Source: an uncultured cyanobacterium
GTDB lineage: Bacteria > Cyanobacteriota > Cyanobacteriia > Cyanobacteriales > Cyanobacteriaceae
Direction of reading: 5' to 3'
NCBI GenBank assembly: GCA_963749915.1
Contig: CAVVOP010000008.1
Span: forward strand, 480,001 to 544,000
Length of the DNA stretch: 64,000 nt
Below, in pieces: positions 10,487 to 20,015 of the stretch (the first letter of the stretch is position 1; each line of letters begins with the position of its first letter). The position numbers were made by a program, and so were the translations under genes. The notes beneath the pieces were generated by a model. The model had not been told where the DNA came from. It saw nothing but the letters and a program-made list of their open reading frames with translations, and did no database searches.

Positions 10487-11272
10487 TTGTTGGGGATGGT
10501 GAAAATTTTGGTGAGTGATTTTGATGGTGTTATTTGTGACGGTTTAAAGGAATATTTTTATAGTAGTAAGCTCGCTTATCAAGAAATTTGGCAAGATTCT
10601 ATTACAGCAGATTTAGATAGTTTGCAAACCACCTTTAATTTATTACGTCCTGTGGTCGAAATGGGGTGGGAGATGCCTTTATTATTGAGGGTTTTAACTT
10701 GGGGTGAAACCCCCGATAATATTTTAAAAAATTGGCATATTATTAAGGAAAAAGCCATTAAAATTCTTGATTTAGAAGGAATTAAAATTGTCAATATATC
10801 TAAAAAATTAGATTTAGTTAGGCAAAGGCAAATTAGTCATAATTTAGAACATTGGTTAGATTTACACTGTTTTTATGATGGTGTTATTAGTAAACTTAAA
10901 CAGTTAATTAAACAGGATACTAAATTATATATTATCACAACAAAAGAAGGTAAATTTACTAGAAAAATTTTAGAGAAAGCAGGATTTTTTTTACCAAAAA
11001 ATGTTATAATTGGCAAAGAAGTTACACGTCCTAAATATGAAAGTCTGCGGTTAATTATTAAGGCTGAAAAAGCTCACCCTTCAGACATCAGTTTCATCGA
11101 AGATAGATTGGAAGCCTTAGAATTGGTTAATCAACAAGAAGATTTACAAGGGGTTAAATTATTTTTGGCGTTATGGGGTTATAACCATGAATTGACAAAG
11201 GCTAAGGCGGAAAGTAATCCTCACATTAACGCTTTATCTTTAGCTGATTTTATCGGTAATGATGTATTCTAA
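10487..11272 (+). CDS. HAD-superfamily hydrolase (start probably 10496)
   Basis: DFDGVICD motif I, IITTK motif II, FIEDRLEAL motif IV, WGYN. Confidence 0.85.
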   Translation: MLGMVKILVSDFDGVICDGLKEYFYSSKLAYQEIWQDSITADLDSLQTTFNLLRPVVEMGWEMPLLLRVLTWGETPDNILKNWHIIKEKAIKILDLEGIKIVNISKKLDLVRQRQISHNLEHWLDLHCFYDGVISKLKQLIKQDTKLYIITTKEGKFTRKILEKAGFFLPKNVIIGKEVTRPKYESLRLIIKAEKAHPSDISFIEDRLEALELVNQQEDLQGVKLFLALWGYNHELTKAKAESNPHINALSLADFIGNDVF

Positions 11273-11306
11273 AGTTTAATGATGTTTACTAGCTATTTTT
11301 TCGGAA

Positions 11307-11900
11307 ATGACTTATACCACAGACGAGTTAATTAAATTTTTAGAGTTGGAATTAAGGGCGACTTGGGGGGGGATGAGATTAATTTTCAATGCAGAGGAAA
11401 AATTAGATAATCCCGCAGTGGCGAAGGCGATTAATATGCAGAAAACTAGCCGGGTTTTCGTGTTTCGTGATTTTCGGCAACAAATCCATGAGTATCAGCA
11501 AAAACATCAAGTTTCCGGGATTATTTGGCGCCATATTACTTTTAAGGATAAATCTTTTAGTTGTCCAGAGGTTTATAATCAATTAATTCCCATCGACGGG
11601 GATAAAGAAATTTTAATGGGGGCGAAGGTTTCGGTTCTCGATTTTTGGGGAGAAGTTACTGAAGATATGAACTATTATTTAAACAACAATATTGACAATA
11701 ATATTCTCATAACTAAAGATAAATTAGAATTGTTATATCAAGAAGGAGAATGGGCAGAATTAGACGCTGGAAAAGAAGAAATTTATTTAGGTTTATGTTG
11801 GGGAAATCCTCAAGAATATATTTATAAATGGGCGAATCCTGAATCTGGTTGTCATCGCATTATTGCTGCTTATAATGAGCCCAGTGGCATTAGTATTTAA
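11307..11900 (+). CDS. Hypothetical protein
   Basis: 197-aa ORF with host-like composition; family not recognised. Confidence 0.7.
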   Translation: MTYTTDELIKFLELELRATWGGMRLIFNAEEKLDNPAVAKAINMQKTSRVFVFRDFRQQIHEYQQKHQVSGIIWRHITFKDKSFSCPEVYNQLIPIDGDKEILMGAKVSVLDFWGEVTEDMNYYLNNNIDNNILITKDKLELLYQEGEWAELDAGKEEIYLGLCWGNPQEYIYKWANPESGCHRIIAAYNEPSGISI

Positions 11901-12241
11901 ACTCGACTCTCTACTTTTTTGTTTAAGTATCCATTCTTTCATTTTCCATCGATGCTGTATTCGAGACATTCAAGAAAACAACGGAATCAATCGCTGGTTT
12001 TGTGCAATGGGTAGCAAAACCGATTCGGGATAAAGATTGGGGTTCCCTGATTTGCCTTATTCTTGCTGCCATTATTCTCGGTTGGCTGTCGAGAGCGGCG
12101 ATCGCCCTAGGAGTAAAAAGGTTTCAAATGCTTATAATGAAAGAATCATAAATTTTTGGAGATGTCTATTGAAAGGGCTGGTCGATTGTGGCTCTAATTC
12201 GCCTTCGATTGGACTAGCCTCACTTTACACCCACTCTCTCA

Positions 12242-12661
12242 ATGAATTTCCCACTTAGTCTAAGCTCGCTTCTAGCCTTATATCTGCTGACCTTAACTAG
12301 TCCAGGTTGGTCGGCATTACCTTTTTCCTCAAAACAAAAAGCTGACATCATTGAGCGCATTAATATTTGTCAGCAACCTATATTTGAGGACGGTTATGAA
12401 ACTGGCGATTTTAAAATTTCCATCTTTAAAGAGCAAAATGGTAGTTTTATTTACTGTGGCTATAGTAAAAAAACTCAAGCTAAAATCATCCTTACTGCTA
12501 TTAGAGGAAACAAGTTTAACCCCGAAGTTATTTGGCAAGCAAGGAATGGCACGGTACTTTACACGATCAAGGTGTCAGGGGAGTCTAGCTATATATTTAG
12601 CATAACCGAAAGAGGTTCGAGAATCTATCAGGCTGAAGCTTGGTCTGTTTATCCCCCTTAA
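12242..12661 (+). CDS. Small secreted beta-rich protein, unknown function
   Basis: Signal-peptide-like N-terminus (LLALYLLTLTSPGWSA), two Cys, alternating beta-strand pattern. Confidence 0.65.
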   Translation: MNFPLSLSSLLALYLLTLTSPGWSALPFSSKQKADIIERINICQQPIFEDGYETGDFKISIFKEQNGSFIYCGYSKKTQAKIILTAIRGNKFNPEVIWQARNGTVLYTIKVSGESSYIFSITERGSRIYQAEAWSVYPP

Positions 12662-12787
12662 TCGTTACAAAAATTAACTTTTGGCGTGTAACCCATACCT
12701 GGGAGACCTACTAAAATTAAGCTGTAAACTTTTTTGACTATTGTCTATAAAGACTTACAAAATCGAAATGTAACTAGGGGGTTTATT

Positions 12788-14440
12788 ATGGCTGATGCTC
12801 CTATTCTATTTGACAAACCTTTTCCTGAAACTCAAGTAAGTGCGCCTTACCAGAAATACACCAATAAGATCATGGGAACTGTCTTAGTGACAGGCGGTTT
12901 TATGGAACCTCGTGGTCATGGGTATAAAAGCTTTGTCAGTCAAGCGATTCGCCGAGATGGTTCGATGTTTAGTATTGGTCCTGGCAACTATAATATCGGC
13001 TTTGACTATTCTAAGGGCTTCGGTACTTCAGTTATCTGTATGTATTCCGGGATAGTGACTAAGGCGGGTCGAGAGGGGGGTTACGGCTATCGAATTCATG
13101 TCAAATTAGATATCCCCTTTATCTACCAAGGCAAAACCTATACTTGTTACCAAGCTTATGCCCACTGTTCTAAACTGTTGAAGACAGTGGGACAGAGAGT
13201 AGCTCAAGGAGAAGCAGTTGGGATTGAAGCCGGACACGGTTCTAACGGACCTCATGACTATGGCTCTCACGTAGATCTCGATACCTATTGCACGATTAAG
13301 GGTCAAAAGATTCACCTCAACTTTGAATTCCTGGCAGAGGGAGTAGACGAAGACGATTTTGTGGAAACTATTGAGGTAATGAAGGTTGGCTCTCGCGGCT
13401 TAGACGTTCGTTGGCTTCAGCAAACATTGAAGATTAATGCTGATGGAAAATTCGGTAATGCTACTAAAGCAGCAGTTGAGAACTATCAACGTAGCCAGCC
13501 AGATTTAGTTGTAGACGGAATTGCCGGTGAAAATACCTGTAAACAATTGGGGTTGTACAATTTTGCCATTTATGCCAAACAAGAAACGATTATCAAACAT
13601 CAACCCGTCCAGTCGTCGGAAATCACCGACCCCCAAGACAAATTTGACTTCGTCCCTGAAACTGAGATGGAACCAATACTGGCCAATTGGGTTGAGGACG
13701 AAGGAGAGCACTGGAAATTTGAACTCAAAACTCCTCAAAATGGCAAATTTAATTGGTATGCCTTTAAACCTCACGTTGCTATCGTCCAAGGTTATGAGGA
13801 CGATCGGGAAGATCTTGGTGATATAGATGAAGCCACTCTAGAAACAAGTGGAGAGGCCAACCGTTGGGAGAAAGCTTTAAAAAATTGCCCAACAGAAGGT
13901 TGTAAACCAGCAACCGCTAACCCGGAAGGGCTTAATTATGCAGGAGTTCCCGCGAGTCATGAAATTGCACGCAAAGACATGGCTAACCTCAATCAGGAAA
14001 GACTGACTTCAATCGACAAAGCTGCTCGAAAGCTTAACGTTCCCGCCGCGATTATTACTGCTCTAGCTAGTCGTGAAAGCCATCTCGGTTCAATTCTCGG
14101 CGAGTTTGGTAACCAACCGGGTTGGGGAGATAATAATCATGCTTGGGGAATCTTGCAGGTCGATCGCCGCTATCATTCTCCTCTCGCCGGATTAGACGAC
14201 CCCTATTCACAAGCCCACATCGAGCAAGCCATTGGCATTTTCAGCAATTACCGGGATCAGGTAGAGAAAAAACATCCCACTTGGCCGGACGAACAAGTTC
14301 TCAAGGGCGCTTGTGTTGCTTATAACTCTGGGGTGAGTAATGTTATTACCATTGGCGGAATGAATGAGGGGACAACACATGATGACTATGGGGATGATGT
14401 GATCGCCCGAGCTCAGTTCTATCTGGAAAACTTGAGCTAA
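12788..14440 (+). CDS. Multidomain peptidoglycan hydrolase: M23-like + PG-binding + small beta domain + goose-type (GH23) lysozyme
   Basis: ATG 12788 has an AGGGG SD. M23 elements GYGYRIHV, YAHCS, VGQRVAQGEAVG. PG_binding_1 GSRGLDVRWLQ...DGKFGNATKAAVENYQ...VDGIAGENT. Lysozyme g motifs SRESH, GWGD, GILQVDRRYH, AYNSG, GTTHDDYGDDVIARAQFY. Confidence 0.9.
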   Translation: MADAPILFDKPFPETQVSAPYQKYTNKIMGTVLVTGGFMEPRGHGYKSFVSQAIRRDGSMFSIGPGNYNIGFDYSKGFGTSVICMYSGIVTKAGREGGYGYRIHVKLDIPFIYQGKTYTCYQAYAHCSKLLKTVGQRVAQGEAVGIEAGHGSNGPHDYGSHVDLDTYCTIKGQKIHLNFEFLAEGVDEDDFVETIEVMKVGSRGLDVRWLQQTLKINADGKFGNATKAAVENYQRSQPDLVVDGIAGENTCKQLGLYNFAIYAKQETIIKHQPVQSSEITDPQDKFDFVPETEMEPILANWVEDEGEHWKFELKTPQNGKFNWYAFKPHVAIVQGYEDDREDLGDIDEATLETSGEANRWEKALKNCPTEGCKPATANPEGLNYAGVPASHEIARKDMANLNQERLTSIDKAARKLNVPAAIITALASRESHLGSILGEFGNQPGWGDNNHAWGILQVDRRYHSPLAGLDDPYSQAHIEQAIGIFSNYRDQVEKKHPTWPDEQVLKGACVAYNSGVSNVITIGGMNEGTTHDDYGDDVIARAQFYLENLS

Positions 14441-14505
14441 TCTTCCCAGTATAAGGAGTTAAAGTAACCTGAAACCTGAGTATTGGATAAGGGAATCAGC
14501 TCTAA

Positions 14506-14586
14506 TAGACATCTCCAACAATTCCTAAAAAGAGGGCTAAAACCCCTATTCTATCGTTTTAAAATCATAGTTTCTGGAGATGTCTA
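14506..14586. mobile_element. 81-bp MITE, family B (TAGACATCTCCA...TGGAGATGTCTA)
   Basis: Perfect 12-bp TIR with TA ends. Colinear 81-bp degenerate copy at 22661-22741; isolated ends at 12157-12168 and ~30150-30161. Confidence 0.75.
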
Positions 14587-14623
14587 GTGGCTACCACGGT
14601 AATTCCGGAAGAGCCAGATATTG

Positions 14624-15742
14624 TTAATTGTTAATGCTTTTTGGATCAAGAGCGTCTCTTAGACCGTCCCCCAATAAATTAAAAGATAATACTGTCAAAA
14701 TAATTAAAATTGCCGGGGGAAAAATTAACCAAGGTTGTAAAACTAATACAGAGGCGTTAGTGGCTAATGATAGTAAATTACCCCAACTCGGATCTGGTTG
14801 CTGAATGCCTAAGCCGATTAAACTCAATACGGATTCAGCCACGATAAAACCAGGAATTGATAACGTTGCTGAAATGATGATATAAGTAGCCGTTTGCGGT
14901 AGGATGTGTTTGACAATAATCTGAAATGAATTTGCCCCGATGGCCTTAGCTGATTGTACAAATTCTTGCTCTTTTATGGTTAAAACCTGTCCTCTGATGA
15001 CTCTAGCTAATCCTGACCAACCTATTAAAGAAGTAATTAAAACGATTAATAAAAATCTTTGGGCACTGCTTAAGCTAGGAGGTAAAACGGCGGCTAATGC
15101 AACCAACAAATAAATACCCGGAATCGTCATTAAAACTTCCACAAGTCGCATTAAAATATTATCTAGAATACCTCCAAAATAACCAGCAACACCTCCAATT
15201 ATCATGCCCAATGGAAAAGAAATTAAAATCCCAATTACGCCGATAAAAAGGCTAATTCTACCACCATAGAGTAATCTACTTAGTTGATCTCTGCCTTGTT
15301 CATCTGTGCCCAAAAGGTTTATTTTTCCTTCTCCGATAGTGCCAAATAAACGTCTATTTAATTTAAACCCAGAAAATATTTCCACCTCTTCAAATTTTGG
15401 TGGTAAAGGTAATTTTATCTGCAAAAATTGAAAAGGTTCATCTTCTACAAATAAACGTATGGGTGATGGTTTTGTATAGTCTATTTCTAATAAGCGGTCG
15501 CCTGTTTCTAAATCCGTTCTCCCTTGAGTGGTAGGATAAACATGAGGACCAATAAACTGCTTTTGTGAAGTAGTATGCCAATGAATCGTAGTTGGTGGCA
15601 ATAAAGAGCCATTTTCCTGGGCTGAATAAGGATTATAAGGTGCAATAAAATCCGCTCCCATGACTATAATATAAAAGAATATTAAAGTAATAGCTCCTAA
15701 TTTTGCTAAAGGATTTTTATTTAGTTTATGCCACCAATTCAT
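14624..15742 (-). CDS. Oligopeptide/dipeptide ABC transporter permease (OppC/DppC)
   Basis: LLGTDEQGRDQLSRLLYGGRISL, EAA loop EFVQSAKAIGA, GDGLRDALDP. Confidence 0.9.
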   Translation of the reverse strand: MNWWHKLNKNPLAKLGAITLIFFYIIVMGADFIAPYNPYSAQENGSLLPPTTIHWHTTSQKQFIGPHVYPTTQGRTDLETGDRLLEIDYTKPSPIRLFVEDEPFQFLQIKLPLPPKFEEVEIFSGFKLNRRLFGTIGEGKINLLGTDEQGRDQLSRLLYGGRISLFIGVIGILISFPLGMIIGGVAGYFGGILDNILMRLVEVLMTIPGIYLLVALAAVLPPSLSSAQRFLLIVLITSLIGWSGLARVIRGQVLTIKEQEFVQSAKAIGANSFQIIVKHILPQTATYIIISATLSIPGFIVAESVLSLIGLGIQQPDPSWGNLLSLATNASVLVLQPWLIFPPAILIILTVLSFNLLGDGLRDALDPKSINN

Positions 15743-15938
15743 AAATTTAATGATGATTATTGAAGTTTATATTTCCCATCCTACTCGTCTTGAGGTTGGT
15801 TTTTCGGGAAACCCTATAGTCACAGTACGAAAACTAGCTCTAAAAGTCAAGATTTTAAGTTATTATCTATAAACAAACTAAGAGCAAATTAATTAAACTG
15901 TCTAAATTAAATTAAGTTCCCCTTATAAATAAATTATT

Positions 15939-16916
15939 ATGACAAATGCAGATAATCGTTTACGCAATGAGTTTTTGAATACTCAGGTGATAACGAGAAG
16001 TACGGGTAAGCGACTCGGAGTAGTAAGAGAAGTATTAGTAGATATTGATCGTAGAGAAGTGGTAGCTTTGGGATTAAGAGATAATCGTCTAGCGATGTCA
16101 GGTATCCCTAAATATATGTATCTTAACAGTGTGACTCAAACAGGAGATGTCATTTTAGTAGAAGACGAAGAAGTAATTGAAGATGTAGATATAGACCTTT
16201 ACAGTCCTTTGATTAATTGTGAAGTGGTGACGGAAACAGGTGAACCTCTAGGTAAGGTCAGAGATTTTCAATTTAACTTAGTAGATGGCCAAGTCTATTC
16301 TTTAACTCTGGCTGTTATCGGTTATCCTCAGATTCCAGAGCAGTTAATCAGTACTTATGAATTATCAGTTGATGAAATCGTCAGTAGTGGACCCAGTAGA
16401 ATTATCGTGTTTGAAGGTGCGGAGGAACGGTTAACTCAGCTTACCGTCGGCCTTTTAGAACGATTGGGCATTGGCAGACCCATTTGGGAAAAAGAGGATG
16501 AGGAAATGTACTATGCACCCACAACTCCTCCTGAAAATCAGTTACCAACGGGAACTCCTATGAAGCCTGTAGTACAAACCGTCAAAAATCGTCCAAAGGT
16601 AGTCCAAGAAAATTGGAATGAGGATGAATGGGAAGAAGCAAGACCGATGAATACCCCTCCCATGGGTCGAAAATCACAATCTATGGCTTATGATGAATAT
16701 GAAGATGACCTAGAAGAAGATAATTGGGGTGAGAGTATGGTGAAAAGAGAACCCGCACCTCGTTATCAATCAGATAATTATGATTCCTCAAATAAACGGG
16801 ATTATGATGATGATTCTTTGGAAGAAGATATGTGGGATGACGATGTAGAATCTGATTATCGTCCTCAAAAAGTGAACATTCCTCAAAAACAAAAAATTCC
16901 TGAATACGAGGAATAA
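15939..16916 (+). CDS. PRC-barrel domain protein with acidic tail
   Basis: Two PRC-barrel repeats (VITRSTGKRLGVV; VVTETGEPLGKV) and a D/E-rich C-terminus. Confidence 0.85.
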   Translation: MTNADNRLRNEFLNTQVITRSTGKRLGVVREVLVDIDRREVVALGLRDNRLAMSGIPKYMYLNSVTQTGDVILVEDEEVIEDVDIDLYSPLINCEVVTETGEPLGKVRDFQFNLVDGQVYSLTLAVIGYPQIPEQLISTYELSVDEIVSSGPSRIIVFEGAEERLTQLTVGLLERLGIGRPIWEKEDEEMYYAPTTPPENQLPTGTPMKPVVQTVKNRPKVVQENWNEDEWEEARPMNTPPMGRKSQSMAYDEYEDDLEEDNWGESMVKREPAPRYQSDNYDSSNKRDYDDDSLEEDMWDDDVESDYRPQKVNIPQKQKIPEYEE

Positions 16917-17324
16917 ATCCATATCCCCAACAGTACCTCAAAACCATCTTGACAGACCGCTACTGCTTTCTGGTTAATGGCACTTCCCGAATGTTCACAG
17001 TGTTAAAGCAAGTTCTGTAAATATTGATAAACCATGACATTTAACCATAAGTAAAGATTATGTCATTCATTAACGTCAGGAATCCTTGACATAATGATCC
17101 CCTTAACCTATATTTCTCGTTAAGAGAGGGTAAATAAAAGCTTATACCCCTTGACGAATCAGGGTTAGATTTTGTTACATAAAGTTAAGTGATTGATCCC
17201 CGTGGAGAAGTTCAAAGTAATTTAGGCCTCAATATGGTGTATTAAGCACTGAATCAGTTTAGCGATAAAGTACTATTGTGATTCTAATCTATTTCATAGA
17301 TAAAAGTAACAAAGATTTAATCTT

Positions 17325-18680
17325 ATGTCTAAACAACTACCACCTATAGAGGAAATGACCCTAAGGCAACTGCGAAAAATCGCTAGTTTGCTGAATATTC
17401 CTCTTTATAGCCGAATGCGCAAAGCACAACTGTTAAGTGCTATTCAAGAAAAAGAGAGCTTAACTATTTTCACAGATACCATAAGTTCTAATAATAAGAC
17501 CAATTTATCAAATCAATTTAATATTCAAGGGGAGCAAAAAATGGAAGCATCTAAATTCGAAGTGGGACAAGTGGAAGCATCTAAATTTGAAGTGGGACAA
17601 GAGGATTTAACAGGAGGTCCCCTCGCTGATGTGGATCAAGGTTTCGGGGAATTACCCGGCGGATACGGTGACAGTCGTATTGTGTTAATGCCTCGTGATC
17701 CCCAATGGGCTTATACTTACTGGGATGTTCCCCATGAAAGAAAAGAAGATTTACGTCGTCAGGGTGGACAACAGTTGGCTTTAAGATTATATGATGTTAC
17801 GGATATTGATTTAAACTATCAAAGTCCTCATAATATTCAAGAATATCTTTGCGATGAATTAGCCCGTGAATGGTACTTACCTATTCCTGTAAGCGATCGT
17901 GATTATGTAATTGATATTGGTTATCGTTGTTTTGATGGACGTTGGTTAGTTTTAGCCAGATCTGTGCCCGTAAGAGTTCCCCCTGTATATCCTAGCGATT
18001 GGGTAGAAGATATCTTTGTAACCGTACCTTGGGAAGAAGATTTAAGAACCAAAACCGTTTATAAATTAACTCCCCCCGCGAAAAAAGCAGCTATGGCGGC
18101 ACAACAACAAGCCACTTATCACAATCAAATTCATGATGAGATCTTTGGTTTAGCCCACGGAGTAGAAGCTCAAAGAGTAGCAGGATCCTTATACGGCAGT
18201 ATGCAACACGTACCTAGCTCAATGATCCCCGAAAATGCTCTTAGTTCCTATATCTTCCCTTCTGGAGTGGGGATGTGGGCGACGACGACAGGTTTAGCCT
18301 CTGGTTCAGGTTTAGGGTTAATGTCTGGCTCAGGTTTAGGGTTAATGTCTGGTTCAGGTGCTGGATTCTCCTCTGAGATGATTCCCCATAAACCTCGTAA
18401 ATTCTGGTTAATTGCCGATGCAGAGTTAATCGTTTATGGTGCTACTGAGCCTGACGCAAAAGTGACGATTGGCGGCAGGGAAATAAAGTTAAATCCTGAT
18501 GGTACTTTCCGTTTCCAAATGTCCTTCCAAGACGGTAATATTGATTACCCCATCGTGGCCGTAGCATCTGATGGTGAACAAACCCGTTCAGTACATATGA
18601 CCTTTAACCGTGAAACTCCTTCTCGTAATACTAATACCAAAGAAGAAGCGGTTTTAGAGTGGTTTCCTCCCGTTAAATAG
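17325..18680 (+). CDS. DUF4912 protein with N-terminal Rho_N-like domain
   Basis: EMTLRQLRKIA...YSRMRKAQLL; RIVLMPRDPQWAYTYW; C-terminal RKFWLIADAELIVYGATEPDA. Confidence 0.85.
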   Translation: MSKQLPPIEEMTLRQLRKIASLLNIPLYSRMRKAQLLSAIQEKESLTIFTDTISSNNKTNLSNQFNIQGEQKMEASKFEVGQVEASKFEVGQEDLTGGPLADVDQGFGELPGGYGDSRIVLMPRDPQWAYTYWDVPHERKEDLRRQGGQQLALRLYDVTDIDLNYQSPHNIQEYLCDELAREWYLPIPVSDRDYVIDIGYRCFDGRWLVLARSVPVRVPPVYPSDWVEDIFVTVPWEEDLRTKTVYKLTPPAKKAAMAAQQQATYHNQIHDEIFGLAHGVEAQRVAGSLYGSMQHVPSSMIPENALSSYIFPSGVGMWATTTGLASGSGLGLMSGSGLGLMSGSGAGFSSEMIPHKPRKFWLIADAELIVYGATEPDAKVTIGGREIKLNPDGTFRFQMSFQDGNIDYPIVAVASDGEQTRSVHMTFNRETPSRNTNTKEEAVLEWFPPVK

Positions 18681-18849
18681 CAGGAGAGGAGAGGACAGGT
18701 GGCTAGTGCAAGAATGCAGAATTAAAAAGGTAGAGTTTACAATGAAAAATCCTTAATTTTCAGGGCTTACAGGAATTTAACACTCTCGTTTTATTTCCGC
18801 ACTCTCTCACCAGGAGATTAATTTTTCCGAACCCTGAAACTTGGAAAAG

Positions 18850-20010
18850 TTATTTCGCCGATTGAATTAATAACCATGTACCTGTACCCAATCCTAGAAA
18901 ATTAGGTAACCATGCCGCCATAAAGGGGGTGAGAATCCCCCAAACTCCCATGGATTCACTGACAAAAGAAAGCAGATAATAAGAGAAGATTAAACCGACA
19001 CAAATACCGAAACTCGTTGCTTTACTGGTATTTTGAGGACGTACCCCCAAGGCCGCCCCAATTAATCCAAACACTACACACACAAAGGGCAATGATATTT
19101 TTCCTTGAATGCGAACTAATATTTTCCGGATTTCTTTTTCGTTGGCTTCTAGTTTAACTATTTTTAAATATTCCCGTGCTTGGGCGATGCTCATTTCGTC
19201 ATAACTGGGAGGGCGTTGTGCCAAATCAAGAGGGGCTTTGGATAAGGCTAATTGTTGATGTTCAAAACGAACAATATTGCGGTATGCACCATCGGGAGAA
19301 ATTAGGTAAATTGTGCCGTTGAAAAAATCCCAAACATTTTCCCCCATATTCCATGTGGCGGTTTGAGAGGTGAGAATCTGGTTGACCCCTTCCCTCGACA
19401 AGTCTAAGATGGTTAGGTCTTTCATTTCCTTACCATTAAATTCTTCGGCGTAAAATAATCGTACTAATACTGAGTGACGACTGCCATCTTCCTGAGTTAT
19501 GGTCTTATATTCGGGATAAAGAATGTTACGATCTTTAAAGGTTGGTCTAACTCGATCCAGGGCTTTTTGTAATGTTAAAGTGGCTTGCCGATTGGCGGAA
19601 GGGGTGACAACATCGTTAATAAAAAAAGTCATCCCCGCAACCACTAAGCTCAAAATAATAGCAGGTACAATCAAACGATAAACATTAATGCCAATACTGC
19701 GTAAAGCAATGATTTCACTATCACTAGATAATCGACTATAGGCCATTAAAGTTGCCAATAATACTGACATGGGAAAGGCTAAAGCAATAAACTCTGGCAT
19801 TCTCAACAATAAAATTTTTAAAGCAACGTTTAATAATAATCCTGATTCTGTTACCCTACGAATTAACTCAAATAATGTGCCGATGGATAAACCCAAAGAG
19901 GTAAATAAACCAATACCAAACAGGAATGGTAGCAATAATTCAGTCATAATGTATCGATCCATGACCGATATTTGCGGTAACGATAGTTGGAATTTTGGTT
20001 CTTTTTCCAT
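18850..20010 (-). CDS. lptF: LPS export permease LptF/LptG (YjgP/YjgQ family)
   Basis: MDRYIMTELL, RLSSDSEIIALRSIG, AAWLPN; downstream of lptB. Confidence 0.88.
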   Translation of the reverse strand: MEKEPKFQLSLPQISVMDRYIMTELLLPFLFGIGLFTSLGLSIGTLFELIRRVTESGLLLNVALKILLLRMPEFIALAFPMSVLLATLMAYSRLSSDSEIIALRSIGINVYRLIVPAIILSLVVAGMTFFINDVVTPSANRQATLTLQKALDRVRPTFKDRNILYPEYKTITQEDGSRHSVLVRLFYAEEFNGKEMKDLTILDLSREGVNQILTSQTATWNMGENVWDFFNGTIYLISPDGAYRNIVRFEHQQLALSKAPLDLAQRPPSYDEMSIAQAREYLKIVKLEANEKEIRKILVRIQGKISLPFVCVVFGLIGAALGVRPQNTSKATSFGICVGLIFSYYLLSFVSESMGVWGILTPFMAAWLPNFLGLGTGTWLLIQSAK

Positions 20011-20015
20011 GAGGT

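Noticed and set aside
11950..12258. Start-less frame (…FVQWVAKPIRDKDWGSLICLIL…) and ORF 12037-12258
   Set aside because: Possibly a gene remnant ending in a MITE end, but I recognise no family and see no start codon.
17172..17192. Possible RpaB HLR1 site (GTTACATAAAGTTAAG) upstream of the DUF4912 gene
   Set aside because: The second half-site is weak and the DNA is AT-rich; not supportable alone.
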